From the NCBI GenBank assembly GCA_031385045.1, contig JANNBC010000027.1:1-25424 (forward strand): a stretch of DNA of 25,424 nucleotides. Direction: 5' to 3'. Source of the DNA: a bacterium. Lineage in GTDB: Bacteria; Bdellovibrionota_C; UBA2361; CALJRW01. Shown here in pieces: positions 18,302 through 25,424 of this stretch (positions within the stretch are counted from its first letter, which is position 1; every line of letters begins with the position of its first letter). The notes beneath the pieces were generated by a model. The model saw only the letters and a list, made by a program, of their open reading frames with translations. It ran no database searches and had not been told where the DNA came from. A program made the translations under genes and the position numbers.

Positions 18302-19183
18302 TTATTTAACAAGGCTTCTTAGATAATCCATCAAAGGATCTCGAAGCTCAGGACGCTTCAGAGCATAAGCAATATTTGCTTTAACAAAACCAAGGGTATC
18401 CCCAGCATCATAACGCAAGCCTTGAAACTGATGACCAATGAAACCCTGATCTTTTCTGAGCATATTCATCGCATCTGTTAACTGAATCTCGCCTCCCTTG
18501 CCCGGATCTGTTTTTTCTAAGTAAGAAAAAATCTCTGGAGTTAAAAGATAGCGGCCAACGATTGCTAAATTTGATGGTGCTTCAGAAAGTTTAGGTTTTT
18601 CAACCATTGCGGTGATGTTAATGCTACGATCATCAATTCTATCTCCACTAACAATTCCAAATTTAGGTACATCAGAATCTGGAACTGGCATCAAGGCAAC
18701 AACTGATTTTTGATATTTATTGTAAACATCTATTAACTGTTTGGAGCATGGAACTTCAGAATCTACGAGATCATCACCCAAGAGAACCATAAACGGCTCA
18801 TCACCAATCATATGTTTAGCACAAAGAACCGCATGACCTAAACCGCGCGGAGTCCCTTGACGTACTGCTACAATCTCAACCATCTGACTCACCGTTCGAA
18901 GCTTCTCAGCTAACTCCGTCTTGCCTTCGTTTAAAAGTTTTTTTTCTAAATCAGAGTGTTGATCAAAATGATCAAGGATTGATTCTTTACCGCGAGCAGT
19001 TATTAAGACAATCGTTTCAATCCCAGACTGCACAGCTTCCAAAATTATATGTTGAATAGTTGGAACATCAACAATCGGCAACATCTCTTTAGGAACTGCC
19101 TTAGTGGCGGGTAAAAATCTCGTTCCTAAACCTGCTGCTGGAATGACAGCCTTCCTGACAACATTTTTCACTGACTGATTCAT
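18302..19183 (-). CDS. galU: UTP--glucose-1-phosphate uridylyltransferase
   Basis: KAVIPAAGLGTRFLPATKAVPKEMLP, GLGHAVLCA, LLGDDL, VEKP, GGEIQLTDA. Confidence 0.97.
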   Translation of the reverse strand: MNQSVKNVVRKAVIPAAGLGTRFLPATKAVPKEMLPIVDVPTIQHIILEAVQSGIETIVLITARGKESILDHFDQHSDLEKKLLNEGKTELAEKLRTVSQMVEIVAVRQGTPRGLGHAVLCAKHMIGDEPFMVLLGDDLVDSEVPCSKQLIDVYNKYQKSVVALMPVPDSDVPKFGIVSGDRIDDRSINITAMVEKPKLSEAPSNLAIVGRYLLTPEIFSYLEKTDPGKGGEIQLTDAMNMLRKDQGFIGHQFQGLRYDAGDTLGFVKANIAYALKRPELRDPLMDYLRSLVK

Positions 19184-19902
19184 ACAATTTTATTTTTATT
19201 AGCTAAAAATTCTTTATGATGAGTGGAGATAACCTCATAGGCCTCATCAGGAGTATCAACAATTTTAATACTATCAAAATCCTTAGCAGAAACCAATTCA
19301 CGTTTAAGTGGAACATCTTTCATCCAGTCAATGATCCCTTCCCAAAAAGACCGGTCCATTAATACAATCGGCCTTGGTGTAATATGCCCTACCTGCACCA
19401 ACTGCCAAGTAAAAAACAACTCCAAGACTGTCCCAATCCCCCCTGGAGTACAAATTACAGCATTTGACATACTCATAAATTGATCTAGGCGAGAGGAGAA
19501 TCGAAGATGATGATGTTTAATATCTAAGTGATTATTTGGATCAGGCTCCCAAGGTAATTCAATTGACAGTCCAATTGATAAAGATTTGGTTTTACGTTCT
19601 TGCTGACCATGACGCACACCACGATTCCCAGCCTCCATTAAGCCTGGACCACCGCCTGTTAAGACATCTATGCCGTCCCAAGCTAACATTCTTGCTAGCT
19701 CATAAGCTTCTTGATACTCCACATTCTCAGGTTTAATTCGAGCACTTCCAAAGATACAAACACGGTAAAATCGATTTTCCTCTAAAGTCTTTAACTTTTC
19801 TTCAATTGCCACTGCCCGACGATGTAAAATCTTGAGTCGATCCTCTAAATGTCGCCTTCTTTCCCCACGGTCGATTTTGGATTTATTTTTCACTTCATTC
19901 AT
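19180..19902 (-). CDS. LOG family (Rossmann-fold nucleotide phosphoribohydrolase) protein with N-terminal coiled coil
   Basis: VCIFGSAR, TGGGPGLMEAGNRG, PGGIGTVLELF (PGGxGTxxE). Stop overlaps the galU start (ATGA). Confidence 0.88.
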   Translation of the reverse strand: MNEVKNKSKIDRGERRRHLEDRLKILHRRAVAIEEKLKTLEENRFYRVCIFGSARIKPENVEYQEAYELARMLAWDGIDVLTGGGPGLMEAGNRGVRHGQQERKTKSLSIGLSIELPWEPDPNNHLDIKHHHLRFSSRLDQFMSMSNAVICTPGGIGTVLELFFTWQLVQVGHITPRPIVLMDRSFWEGIIDWMKDVPLKRELVSAKDFDSIKIVDTPDEAYEVISTHHKEFLANKNKIV

Positions 19903-19936
19903 GGTATGATTTTTCCTTACTAATAATAATTACTTA

Positions 19937-20329
19937 ATGTGGAATAATTTTCTTTACGGAATCTGGCTATCCGTGCCAATCATTTTTTTTATTCAATTTA
20001 GTTATAACAGAATAACTGAATTGCGTAAAAAGAAACACGATCCGATTAACCGCTCCAACTATTATCTGCAAGTTGGAGTTTTCACATTATTTTGTTCGGT
20101 TTTTGCTATTCTAGTTAACGAATATTTTCTGATTACTAGCATACCAACTTTAATACATACTGACTATGCCCTAGAAACAATTCAGATTGTATTCTATCCA
20201 CTACTAGTCTCCTTTTTAGCTCCCTATGCTGGCTCAAATAAACCACCAGAGACTCTTCAAGATCATATTCAAAAACATGGGCTGTTAAAGCCTTTCAACA
20301 GTAAAAATAATGAGAATAGCAGGCGTTGA
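19937..20329 (+). CDS. Hypothetical membrane protein (about 3 TM)
   Basis: 130 aa with three hydrophobic segments. Overlaps the rnhB start by 20 nt. Confidence 0.6.
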   Translation: MWNNFLYGIWLSVPIIFFIQFSYNRITELRKKKHDPINRSNYYLQVGVFTLFCSVFAILVNEYFLITSIPTLIHTDYALETIQIVFYPLLVSFLAPYAGSNKPPETLQDHIQKHGLLKPFNSKNNENSRR

Positions 20330-20870
20330 TGAGGCTGGACGTGGTCCCTTAGCTGGACCAGTCGTAGCCGCAGCAGTTGTCTTTCCGGAAGGATATTATA
20401 ATCCAGAGATCAGAGATTCCAAGCAACTTTCCGCTAAAAAACGCGATTCTCTTGTTGAGATTATTAAAAGAGATGCACTTGATTTTGCAATTATCGCAGT
20501 TGGTCATCATCGAATAGATCTAATCAATATTAGGTCCGCTAGTTTACTAGCTATGAGCCTAGCACTAAAACGAATTAGTGCCGACCAAGTATTAATCGAT
20601 GGCAATGCACTAATTAATACAAAACTAACTCAGGAAGCAATTATCAAAGGAGATCAGAAATTTGTACAAATCTCCGCCGCATCGATCTTAGCAAAACAAT
20701 ATCGCGATGAGTTAATGGTAGTAATCGATCAAAAATATCCTGGATTTAATTTTACTAAACATGCCGGCTATCCAACAAAGTCCCACCTTGAAGCAATTGC
20801 CCAAATTGGACCATCGCCAATTCACCGCAAAACCTTTAAAGGGGTCAAGGAATTCCTACTTATTAAATAA
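20310..20870 (+). CDS. rnhB: Ribonuclease HII
   Basis: AGVDEAGRGPLAGPVVAAAV, RDSKQL, LIDGN, KGD, ISAASILAK, HAGYPT, HRKTF. Confidence 0.97.
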   Translation: MRIAGVDEAGRGPLAGPVVAAAVVFPEGYYNPEIRDSKQLSAKKRDSLVEIIKRDALDFAIIAVGHHRIDLINIRSASLLAMSLALKRISADQVLIDGNALINTKLTQEAIIKGDQKFVQISAASILAKQYRDELMVVIDQKYPGFNFTKHAGYPTKSHLEAIAQIGPSPIHRKTFKGVKEFLLIK

Positions 20871-21240
20871 ATTTATTGGCTGGAGCGGTGAACTACTAGC
20901 AACAATTTACTTTCAGTCAAAATCATTTCTGATTTTAAATCGCAATTACCGAACGAAAAAAGGAGAAATTGACCTGATAGTTCTTAAAAATAGAACAATA
21001 CACTTTATTGAGGTCAAAACTAGCTTAAAATCTAATGCCTATTACTCTAATTTACTAAGAGTTAATCAATTAAAACAAAAGAAGATTAAAAGCCTTGCCT
21101 CCGACTATCTGTTTAGACAAAGAAAAATGTATATCAAGTACTATCCAAATCAGATTAGTTTTGATGTAGTCTTAATTAACTGGGATATGTGTTTAAAATT
21201 TAAATCATGCTTAAAATATATTCCAAGATATTTTAAATAA
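20761..21240 (+). CDS. yraN: YraN family (UPF0102) putative nuclease; start uncertain
   Basis: G..GE..A..Y, ILNRNYR...GEIDLI, HFIEVKT, V...KQKKI, FDVV. Usual position after rnhB. The homologous region starts only near 20860-20880. Confidence 0.8.
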   Translation: MPAIQQSPTLKQLPKLDHRQFTAKPLKGSRNSYLLNKFIGWSGELLATIYFQSKSFLILNRNYRTKKGEIDLIVLKNRTIHFIEVKTSLKSNAYYSNLLRVNQLKQKKIKSLASDYLFRQRKMYIKYYPNQISFDVVLINWDMCLKFKSCLKYIPRYFK

Positions 21241-21485
21241 TGCAAAATAATATGAAGAAACGAAGATTACTTTTTCGCTTAGCAACCTGTCCTTATTGTA
21301 AAAAGGCAGAAGCAGCTTTAGATAATGCAAAAATTGAATATCAAAAAATTGATATTAACCCGACAGATCGCAGTGTAATTGAATTACTTTCAGGACAAAA
21401 AACTGTACCAATATTAGTAGAAGTAATTGGCTCGGAAAGCCAAGATGATGATATAATTGACTACATCAAAACCATTAAAAACTAG
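21240..21485 (+). CDS. Glutaredoxin-like protein
   Basis: CPYC active site, LSGQKTVPIL (cis-Pro motif), DDIIDYI. Coupled to the yraN stop (TAATG). Alternative start ATG 21252. Confidence 0.85.
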   Translation: MQNNMKKRRLLFRLATCPYCKKAEAALDNAKIEYQKIDINPTDRSVIELLSGQKTVPILVEVIGSESQDDDIIDYIKTIKN

Positions 21486-21579
21486 TTAATTCTGCGGTAC
21501 GCCCCAGCAACAGTTCTTCTGTAAATTAAAAATCTAATAATATTAGGTATTTATGTTTAAAAAAACTATAAATTAATGC

Positions 21580-21608
21580 TTGTAATGATGCTCAACTCTT
21601 TATAACAT
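21580..21608 (+). promoter_or_regulatory. Candidate sigma70 promoter for the histone gene
   Basis: TTGTAA (21580-21585), 17-nt spacer, TAACAT (21603-21608). Confidence 0.5.
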
Positions 21609-21703
21609 ACCATTCTGTTAACTTTAAGGACGGTCACAAGTTATAATAATAAATTAGAGATTATTTTAAGCTACCGTCCACACAGATTTTTTTGGAGAAT
21701 AAT

Positions 21704-21907
21704 ATGTCTGATAAAGAAGTACTAATTGTGGTTTCTAAACTTAAGTCCCATGTAAAAAAAGCTCACAACATGAGCACAGCTGCTACAGTTCCAGCAGTAC
21801 TTAGTGATTACGTTGCAAAAATCATAACTAAAGCTGCTGAAAGCGCTCAAAAAGATAAGCGTAAAACTATTATGGATCGTGATTTTAGCTTTTTAAACGA
21901 AGCCTAG
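21704..21907 (+). CDS. Bacterial histone-fold protein (Bdellovibrio Bd0055/HBb-like singlet)
   Basis: 67-aa Lys-rich protein. N-terminal EVLIVVSKLK and C-terminal A.KDKRKTIMDRD histone-fold L2/alpha3 motif (RKTxxxxD). ATG 21704 follows a GGAG SD at 21694-21697. Confidence 0.88.
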   Translation: MSDKEVLIVVSKLKSHVKKAHNMSTAATVPAVLSDYVAKIITKAAESAQKDKRKTIMDRDFSFLNEA

Positions 21908-21921
21908 TCATACATTCATTT

Positions 21922-21952
21922 GTGATAGAGATGACCAAGTCATCTCTATCAC
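21922..21952. terminator. Perfect 14-bp hairpin between convergent histone and nadC genes
   Basis: GTGATAGAGATGAC-CAA-GTCATCTCTATCAC. No U-tract in either direction, so a terminator role is uncertain. Confidence 0.55.
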
Positions 21953-22006
21953 TACCAGTTCCCATTCCTGCCCGCATAAAATTAATTTTCACTGTTACAG
22001 TTAGAT

Positions 22007-22900
22007 TCAGCTAGATAAGATCTCTAAAGAAAGATCCACCGCGGTTGCACTATGTGTTAAGGCCCCAACAGAAATAAAATCTACACCAGACTCAGCAATG
22101 GCACGAACGGTTTGTAAACTAACACCGCCACTTGCTTCAAGTTCCACGTGACCTTGATTAAGGGCTACAGCACTCACAAGCTCTGACACCTTCATATTAT
22201 CTAAAAGAATTCGATTAACACCAGTAAGAGTTAAAAAACTTTTTACTTGATCTAAATTATCAGCTTCTAGCTCTACAAAGATATTTGGGAAATCTTTTTT
22301 TAGCTGATTGATTCTCTCTTGTAATTTAGCTTGGTAATCACTTCCAAATCCGGCAAGGTGATTATCTTTAACCATGATCGCATCATATAGCCCCATGCGA
22401 TGATTAACTCCACCTCCAGCAAGGACTGCTTGTTTGGCTAGTACCCTAAAGCCAGGTGTAGTTTTACGAGTGTCTAGAATCTTAGCCTTTGTCCCAGCAG
22501 TTAAATTGACATACTCCCTTGTAAGGGTGGCGATGCCTGACATCCTCTGCATAAAATTAAGTATAATTCTTTCTGCAGATAAGATTGACTGATAGCAACC
22601 AGATATTTCTAATACTGCTTCGCGATTATTAATCCGATCTCCATCATGCTTTAAAGAAACAAGATCAAGAGTTGCGTCCATGCTTTTAGCAACTTGCTTA
22701 GCAATTTCAATTCCAGAAATCACAATTGGATTTGAGGCCTTGGAGATAATTTGAGCTCTAGCCTTAGCCTCTTTGGAAATAAAATACTTGGAGGTCAAAT
22801 CCCCCTGCTTCCCAAGGTCTTCGGCAATTGCTAATTCAATTAGTTGCTGAATCAGCTCTAAATATTCTTTCTTCACAATTAATTCCTGCAGAGTAATCAT
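22007..22900 (-). CDS. nadC: Quinolinate phosphoribosyltransferase (nicotinate-nucleotide diphosphorylase)
   Basis: AEDLG..GDLTS, AERIILN, SGIATLT, DTRKTTPG, NHRMGLYD, KDNH, ILLDNM, EASGG, ISVGALTHS. Start may be GTG 22876. Confidence 0.96.
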   Translation of the reverse strand: MITLQELIVKKEYLELIQQLIELAIAEDLGKQGDLTSKYFISKEAKARAQIISKASNPIVISGIEIAKQVAKSMDATLDLVSLKHDGDRINNREAVLEISGCYQSILSAERIILNFMQRMSGIATLTREYVNLTAGTKAKILDTRKTTPGFRVLAKQAVLAGGGVNHRMGLYDAIMVKDNHLAGFGSDYQAKLQERINQLKKDFPNIFVELEADNLDQVKSFLTLTGVNRILLDNMKVSELVSAVALNQGHVELEASGGVSLQTVRAIAESGVDFISVGALTHSATAVDLSLEILSS

Positions 22901-23447
22901 ATAATTTTAAAAGTACTTCTCGGATATTAGCATTTTCTTGAATAAAAAGCTCCTTAGCTTTTGTTAATAATTCAGAACGATCTAGTTCTAGGGGGATATT
23001 TATTTCACTTAAAATCCGGAACAGTGTCTCTTCTGTCCCAACAGTATCTAACAAGACAGGAAAGACAGAGGGTCGATGTTGGGAAACAAGTAAACCCTTA
23101 TCTAAGATTTTAGCAGAGTAAAATAAAATATACCCGGATAATATTCCTAGGGTCTGAAAACCATCAACAATCAAAACCTTTACTAATAAAAGCTTGTTTA
23201 GTACTTGCCAAAAGCTAAGCCTGGAATTTTCACTAGAAAGATAAATAATTTGTATATCCTGTTGTAAAAATCGCTCAGCTAATCCTTCTAGAAAGGTTGT
23301 TTTACCACTACCATGCTTTCCAACTACAGAAGCTCGATAGTCAAAGTTATGAAGCTTCTTTAATACATCCGCCCACTGATCTTCAGTTAAAAAGTAATCA
23401 ATTTTCAAAAGCTCTCTGGTCGCAAAAGGATTATTCTTTGGTCTCAT
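22836..23447 (-). CDS. Small P-loop NTPase (AAA+-like)
   Basis: N-terminal NPF, Walker A GKHGSGKTT, Walker B LIVDG, C-terminal NIREVL. 3' end overlaps nadC. Confidence 0.75.
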   Translation of the reverse strand: MRPKNNPFATRELLKIDYFLTEDQWADVLKKLHNFDYRASVVGKHGSGKTTFLEGLAERFLQQDIQIIYLSSENSRLSFWQVLNKLLLVKVLIVDGFQTLGILSGYILFYSAKILDKGLLVSQHRPSVFPVLLDTVGTEETLFRILSEINIPLELDRSELLTKAKELFIQENANIREVLLKLYDYSAGINCEERIFRADSATN

Positions 23448-23452
23448 GGACG

Positions 23453-24439
23453 TTATTCCTGAATAGATTCTATTTCCAACTGCATAAATCGATCATCTAC
23501 AACATTCTGATAGTCTGGCAATGGTTGCGTTTGAAAATTAGCTTGGGACTTACGAATCCAAACACCAATTTGAGAGATTAAAGACAATGCTACGCTTCCT
23601 CGCTTAGCCTGAAAGGTATATTTTTCTAAAACTTTCTTGACATCATCAATCGAGACTCTAATCTCTGAAGATAAATATGGGTAAGTACTTTCAGGATAAT
23701 TACTATAGAATTCACTAGCCTTAGCCAATCCTAAGACTAGCTTTTGAAGCTCTAATGGTTTCTCTTGAATTACATTTTCGGTTGTAGCCAATAAGATCTT
23801 TGAGGGATAAATATCTAATTTATTAAAAAAGACACCGATATTATCTCCTAAAGATTTTTCAATATTATTACCCCACGGTTGCCAAATACTAACAGCATCT
23901 ACAAAATTATTTTTTAAGGCTGCTTCCATTCCTGCTGGCTGAAGAGCTATTGGCTTAATATCTTGCCAGTTAATATTATTAACTTCCAAAAATCTTGCTA
24001 GAAAAATATGGGAAGTACTAGCTGGAACATATCCTATTTTCTTAGCGATCAGATCTTTAGGGGCATTGATTCCCAATTCTTTTTTAAAATAAATACTATC
24101 TGCTAAGCGATCCCCTAAGGAAGCGATGATTCGAATTGGATTAACAGTAAAATTAAGATAGGAGACATTAACATCCACCAAAGTACCAACTTCAATATCT
24201 CCAGATATCAATGCATCCATAACAGACTTTCCAGTTTGGAATTTATGATATCTTACTGACAATATCTGCTCTGGATAAATACCTTGATACTTAGTAATAA
24301 TGGGCAGTACACTTAAAGCTGGAGTACTACCAAAAGATAAACTTGGAGTCGTTGATCGATTAGTATCAAGGCTGCCAAAAATTTGAGAAACAACAATAAC
24401 TAACAAGACAGAAGATAAAATTATTAAAGTAATTTTCAT
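23453..24439 (-). CDS. ABC-type substrate-binding protein, SsuA/NMT1-THI5-like
   Basis: N-terminal anchor, FQTGKSVMDALISGDIEV, DLIAKKIGY, ALKNNFVDAVSIWQP. ATG 24439 overlaps the upstream stop (TGATG). Confidence 0.8.
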   Translation of the reverse strand: MKITLIILSSVLLVIVVSQIFGSLDTNRSTTPSLSFGSTPALSVLPIITKYQGIYPEQILSVRYHKFQTGKSVMDALISGDIEVGTLVDVNVSYLNFTVNPIRIIASLGDRLADSIYFKKELGINAPKDLIAKKIGYVPASTSHIFLARFLEVNNINWQDIKPIALQPAGMEAALKNNFVDAVSIWQPWGNNIEKSLGDNIGVFFNKLDIYPSKILLATTENVIQEKPLELQKLVLGLAKASEFYSNYPESTYPYLSSEIRVSIDDVKKVLEKYTFQAKRGSVALSLISQIGVWIRKSQANFQTQPLPDYQNVVDDRFMQLEIESIQE

Positions 24440-24819
24440 CAATTTGCTTTCAGACCTTCTTGCACTATCACAATCTCGTTTGCCTCAGGTGCAATAATAA
24501 TTTCTAACTCTGCTTTTTCAATTGCTGGACTAGTTACAACTTCAATCACCCAGATAATAGAGATCAAACTACCAGAATAACTCCAAGGCCCAACGGTAGG
24601 GATTTTTAAACTAAAATTAGCCTCTCCGCGCTTAGCTTGTTGTGGTATTACCAATTGATCTACTTGATCAGCATCCTCTGTTCCACGACCTTGAGTATGC
24701 CAGATTAAATTTACTAGAATTTCTTCCGGTGCCTGGTCAAAACTCCAAAGGAGAGTCCCCGTAATTACTTCGCCAGGACGAAAGTTTTTGACTCCTAAAC
24801 TGGTATTAATCTCAATCAT
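24439..24819 (-). CDS. Hypothetical beta-sandwich (Ig/arrestin-like) protein
   Basis: 126 aa, beta-rich: FRPGEVITG, LIWHTQGRGTED, GPWSYSGSLISIIW. Coupled to both neighbours by overlapping stop/start codons. Confidence 0.7.
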   Translation of the reverse strand: MIEINTSLGVKNFRPGEVITGTLLWSFDQAPEEILVNLIWHTQGRGTEDADQVDQLVIPQQAKRGEANFSLKIPTVGPWSYSGSLISIIWVIEVVTSPAIEKAELEIIIAPEANEIVIVQEGLKAN

Positions 24820-25283
24820 TTCGGACTCACTACTAATTCAAAGGTTTCTTGAACATCAGGAAAGCTAGCAATTTGTACGATACACTTTAATTGATAAACT
24901 AATTTATTATTGGGGGCATTAAAAGAATGAATTAAATTAGCAGGTAGTTTTAACAAGCTCTCCCCGTGTCGTTCCCGAGATTTGCCAAGCTGTGAATAAA
25001 TGTTTTGTTGATAAATCACTTTTTTATCCGTTTTTGTATCTGTCCCCCGACGATAGGTTGCTTGCTCCTCTAATTGAAAAGTAATTTCAATGCCCTCTAT
25101 CACTCTATTGGAACGATCTAAACTCCAATAGATCTTATATTCACCACCTGGTTTAAGTGGATGATTATCAATCTCTAACTTTAGCTGTGGGTTAAATAAT
25201 TGTAGGAATGAATAAATTACTCCATAGATGGTTAGTAGCCCAATGAGTCCAAAGATTATTGTCATAAAGACTGGAGCATGGCC
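24816..25283 (-). pseudogene. 3' part of a membrane-protein gene, probably interrupted by the adjacent IS
   Basis: The frame is open from the IS junction (GHAPVFMTIIFGLIG...). It starts abruptly just before a TM helix, then has a beta domain (EEQATYRRGTDT, HSFNAPNNKL, FPDV) that I recall as the C-terminus of longer DUF3592-type proteins. Confidence 0.6.
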
Positions 25284-25424
25284 CGAATGTCACTTACCTT
25301 CCTCCAGAGTTACGCCATTACTTTTTGATAGAACTGCTGCCTTTTCGTAACGATCTTTGCCATTTTTAATAACTCGAGGGTAACTTCTATTTTTATTTTT
25401 ACGATTTGGAAGCTTAGCTTGGAG
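25284..25424 (-). mobile_element. Right end of an IS4-family insertion sequence (transposase C-terminus 25424-25290 plus terminal IR)
   Basis: Minus frame LQAKLPNRKNKNRSYPRVIKNGKDRYEKAAVLSKSNGVTLEEGK* matches the IS4 transposase C-terminal LPxR...RxxPRVxK...Y pattern. Its TGA lies inside TAAGTGACATTCG, resembling IS4-family ends (CGAATG.CACTTA). Confidence 0.72.

Noticed and set aside
19536..19736. 66-aa plus-strand ORF
   Set aside because: Antisense within the LOG gene.
21534..21561. dif-like XerD arm TTATGTTTAAA
   Set aside because: Imperfect arm and no XerC arm ending in ATAA at 6-nt spacing.
23297..23581. 94-aa plus-strand ORF
   Set aside because: Antisense across two coupled minus-strand genes; no motif.

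Overview
AT-rich bacterial chromosomal DNA, mostly housekeeping genes, from a Gram-negative LPS producer. Gene content suggests a Bdellovibrionota/deltaproteobacterium-like lineage (inference only). In order: membrane protein and SurA-like PPIase; PMM/PGM-pcnB-membrane protein; pyrG-kdsA-lptC/lptA fusion-single-domain response regulator-lptB; a stand-alone rplS; bactofilin; ScsB/DsbD-type reductase plus an exported redoxin; dtd; cysS; a Cys-rich secreted protein; LOG-galU; membrane protein-rnhB-yraN-glutaredoxin; a monocistronic bacterial histone (Bd0055/HBb-like); and a minus-strand operon ending in nadC whose first gene appears cut by an IS4-family element at the window's right edge. Most notable: (1) the histone gene with its own promoter, 5' stem-loop and perfect 14-bp 3' hairpin; (2) a GC-rich cluster of abutting hairpins at 57-208 of unknown function; (3) a natural LptC-LptA fusion; (4) the IS4 end and split gene, which are absent from the ORF track; (5) a membrane protein with a bL12-CTD-like domain. 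No rRNA, intact tRNA or CRISPR array was seen. All homology calls come from recalled motifs, not database searches.
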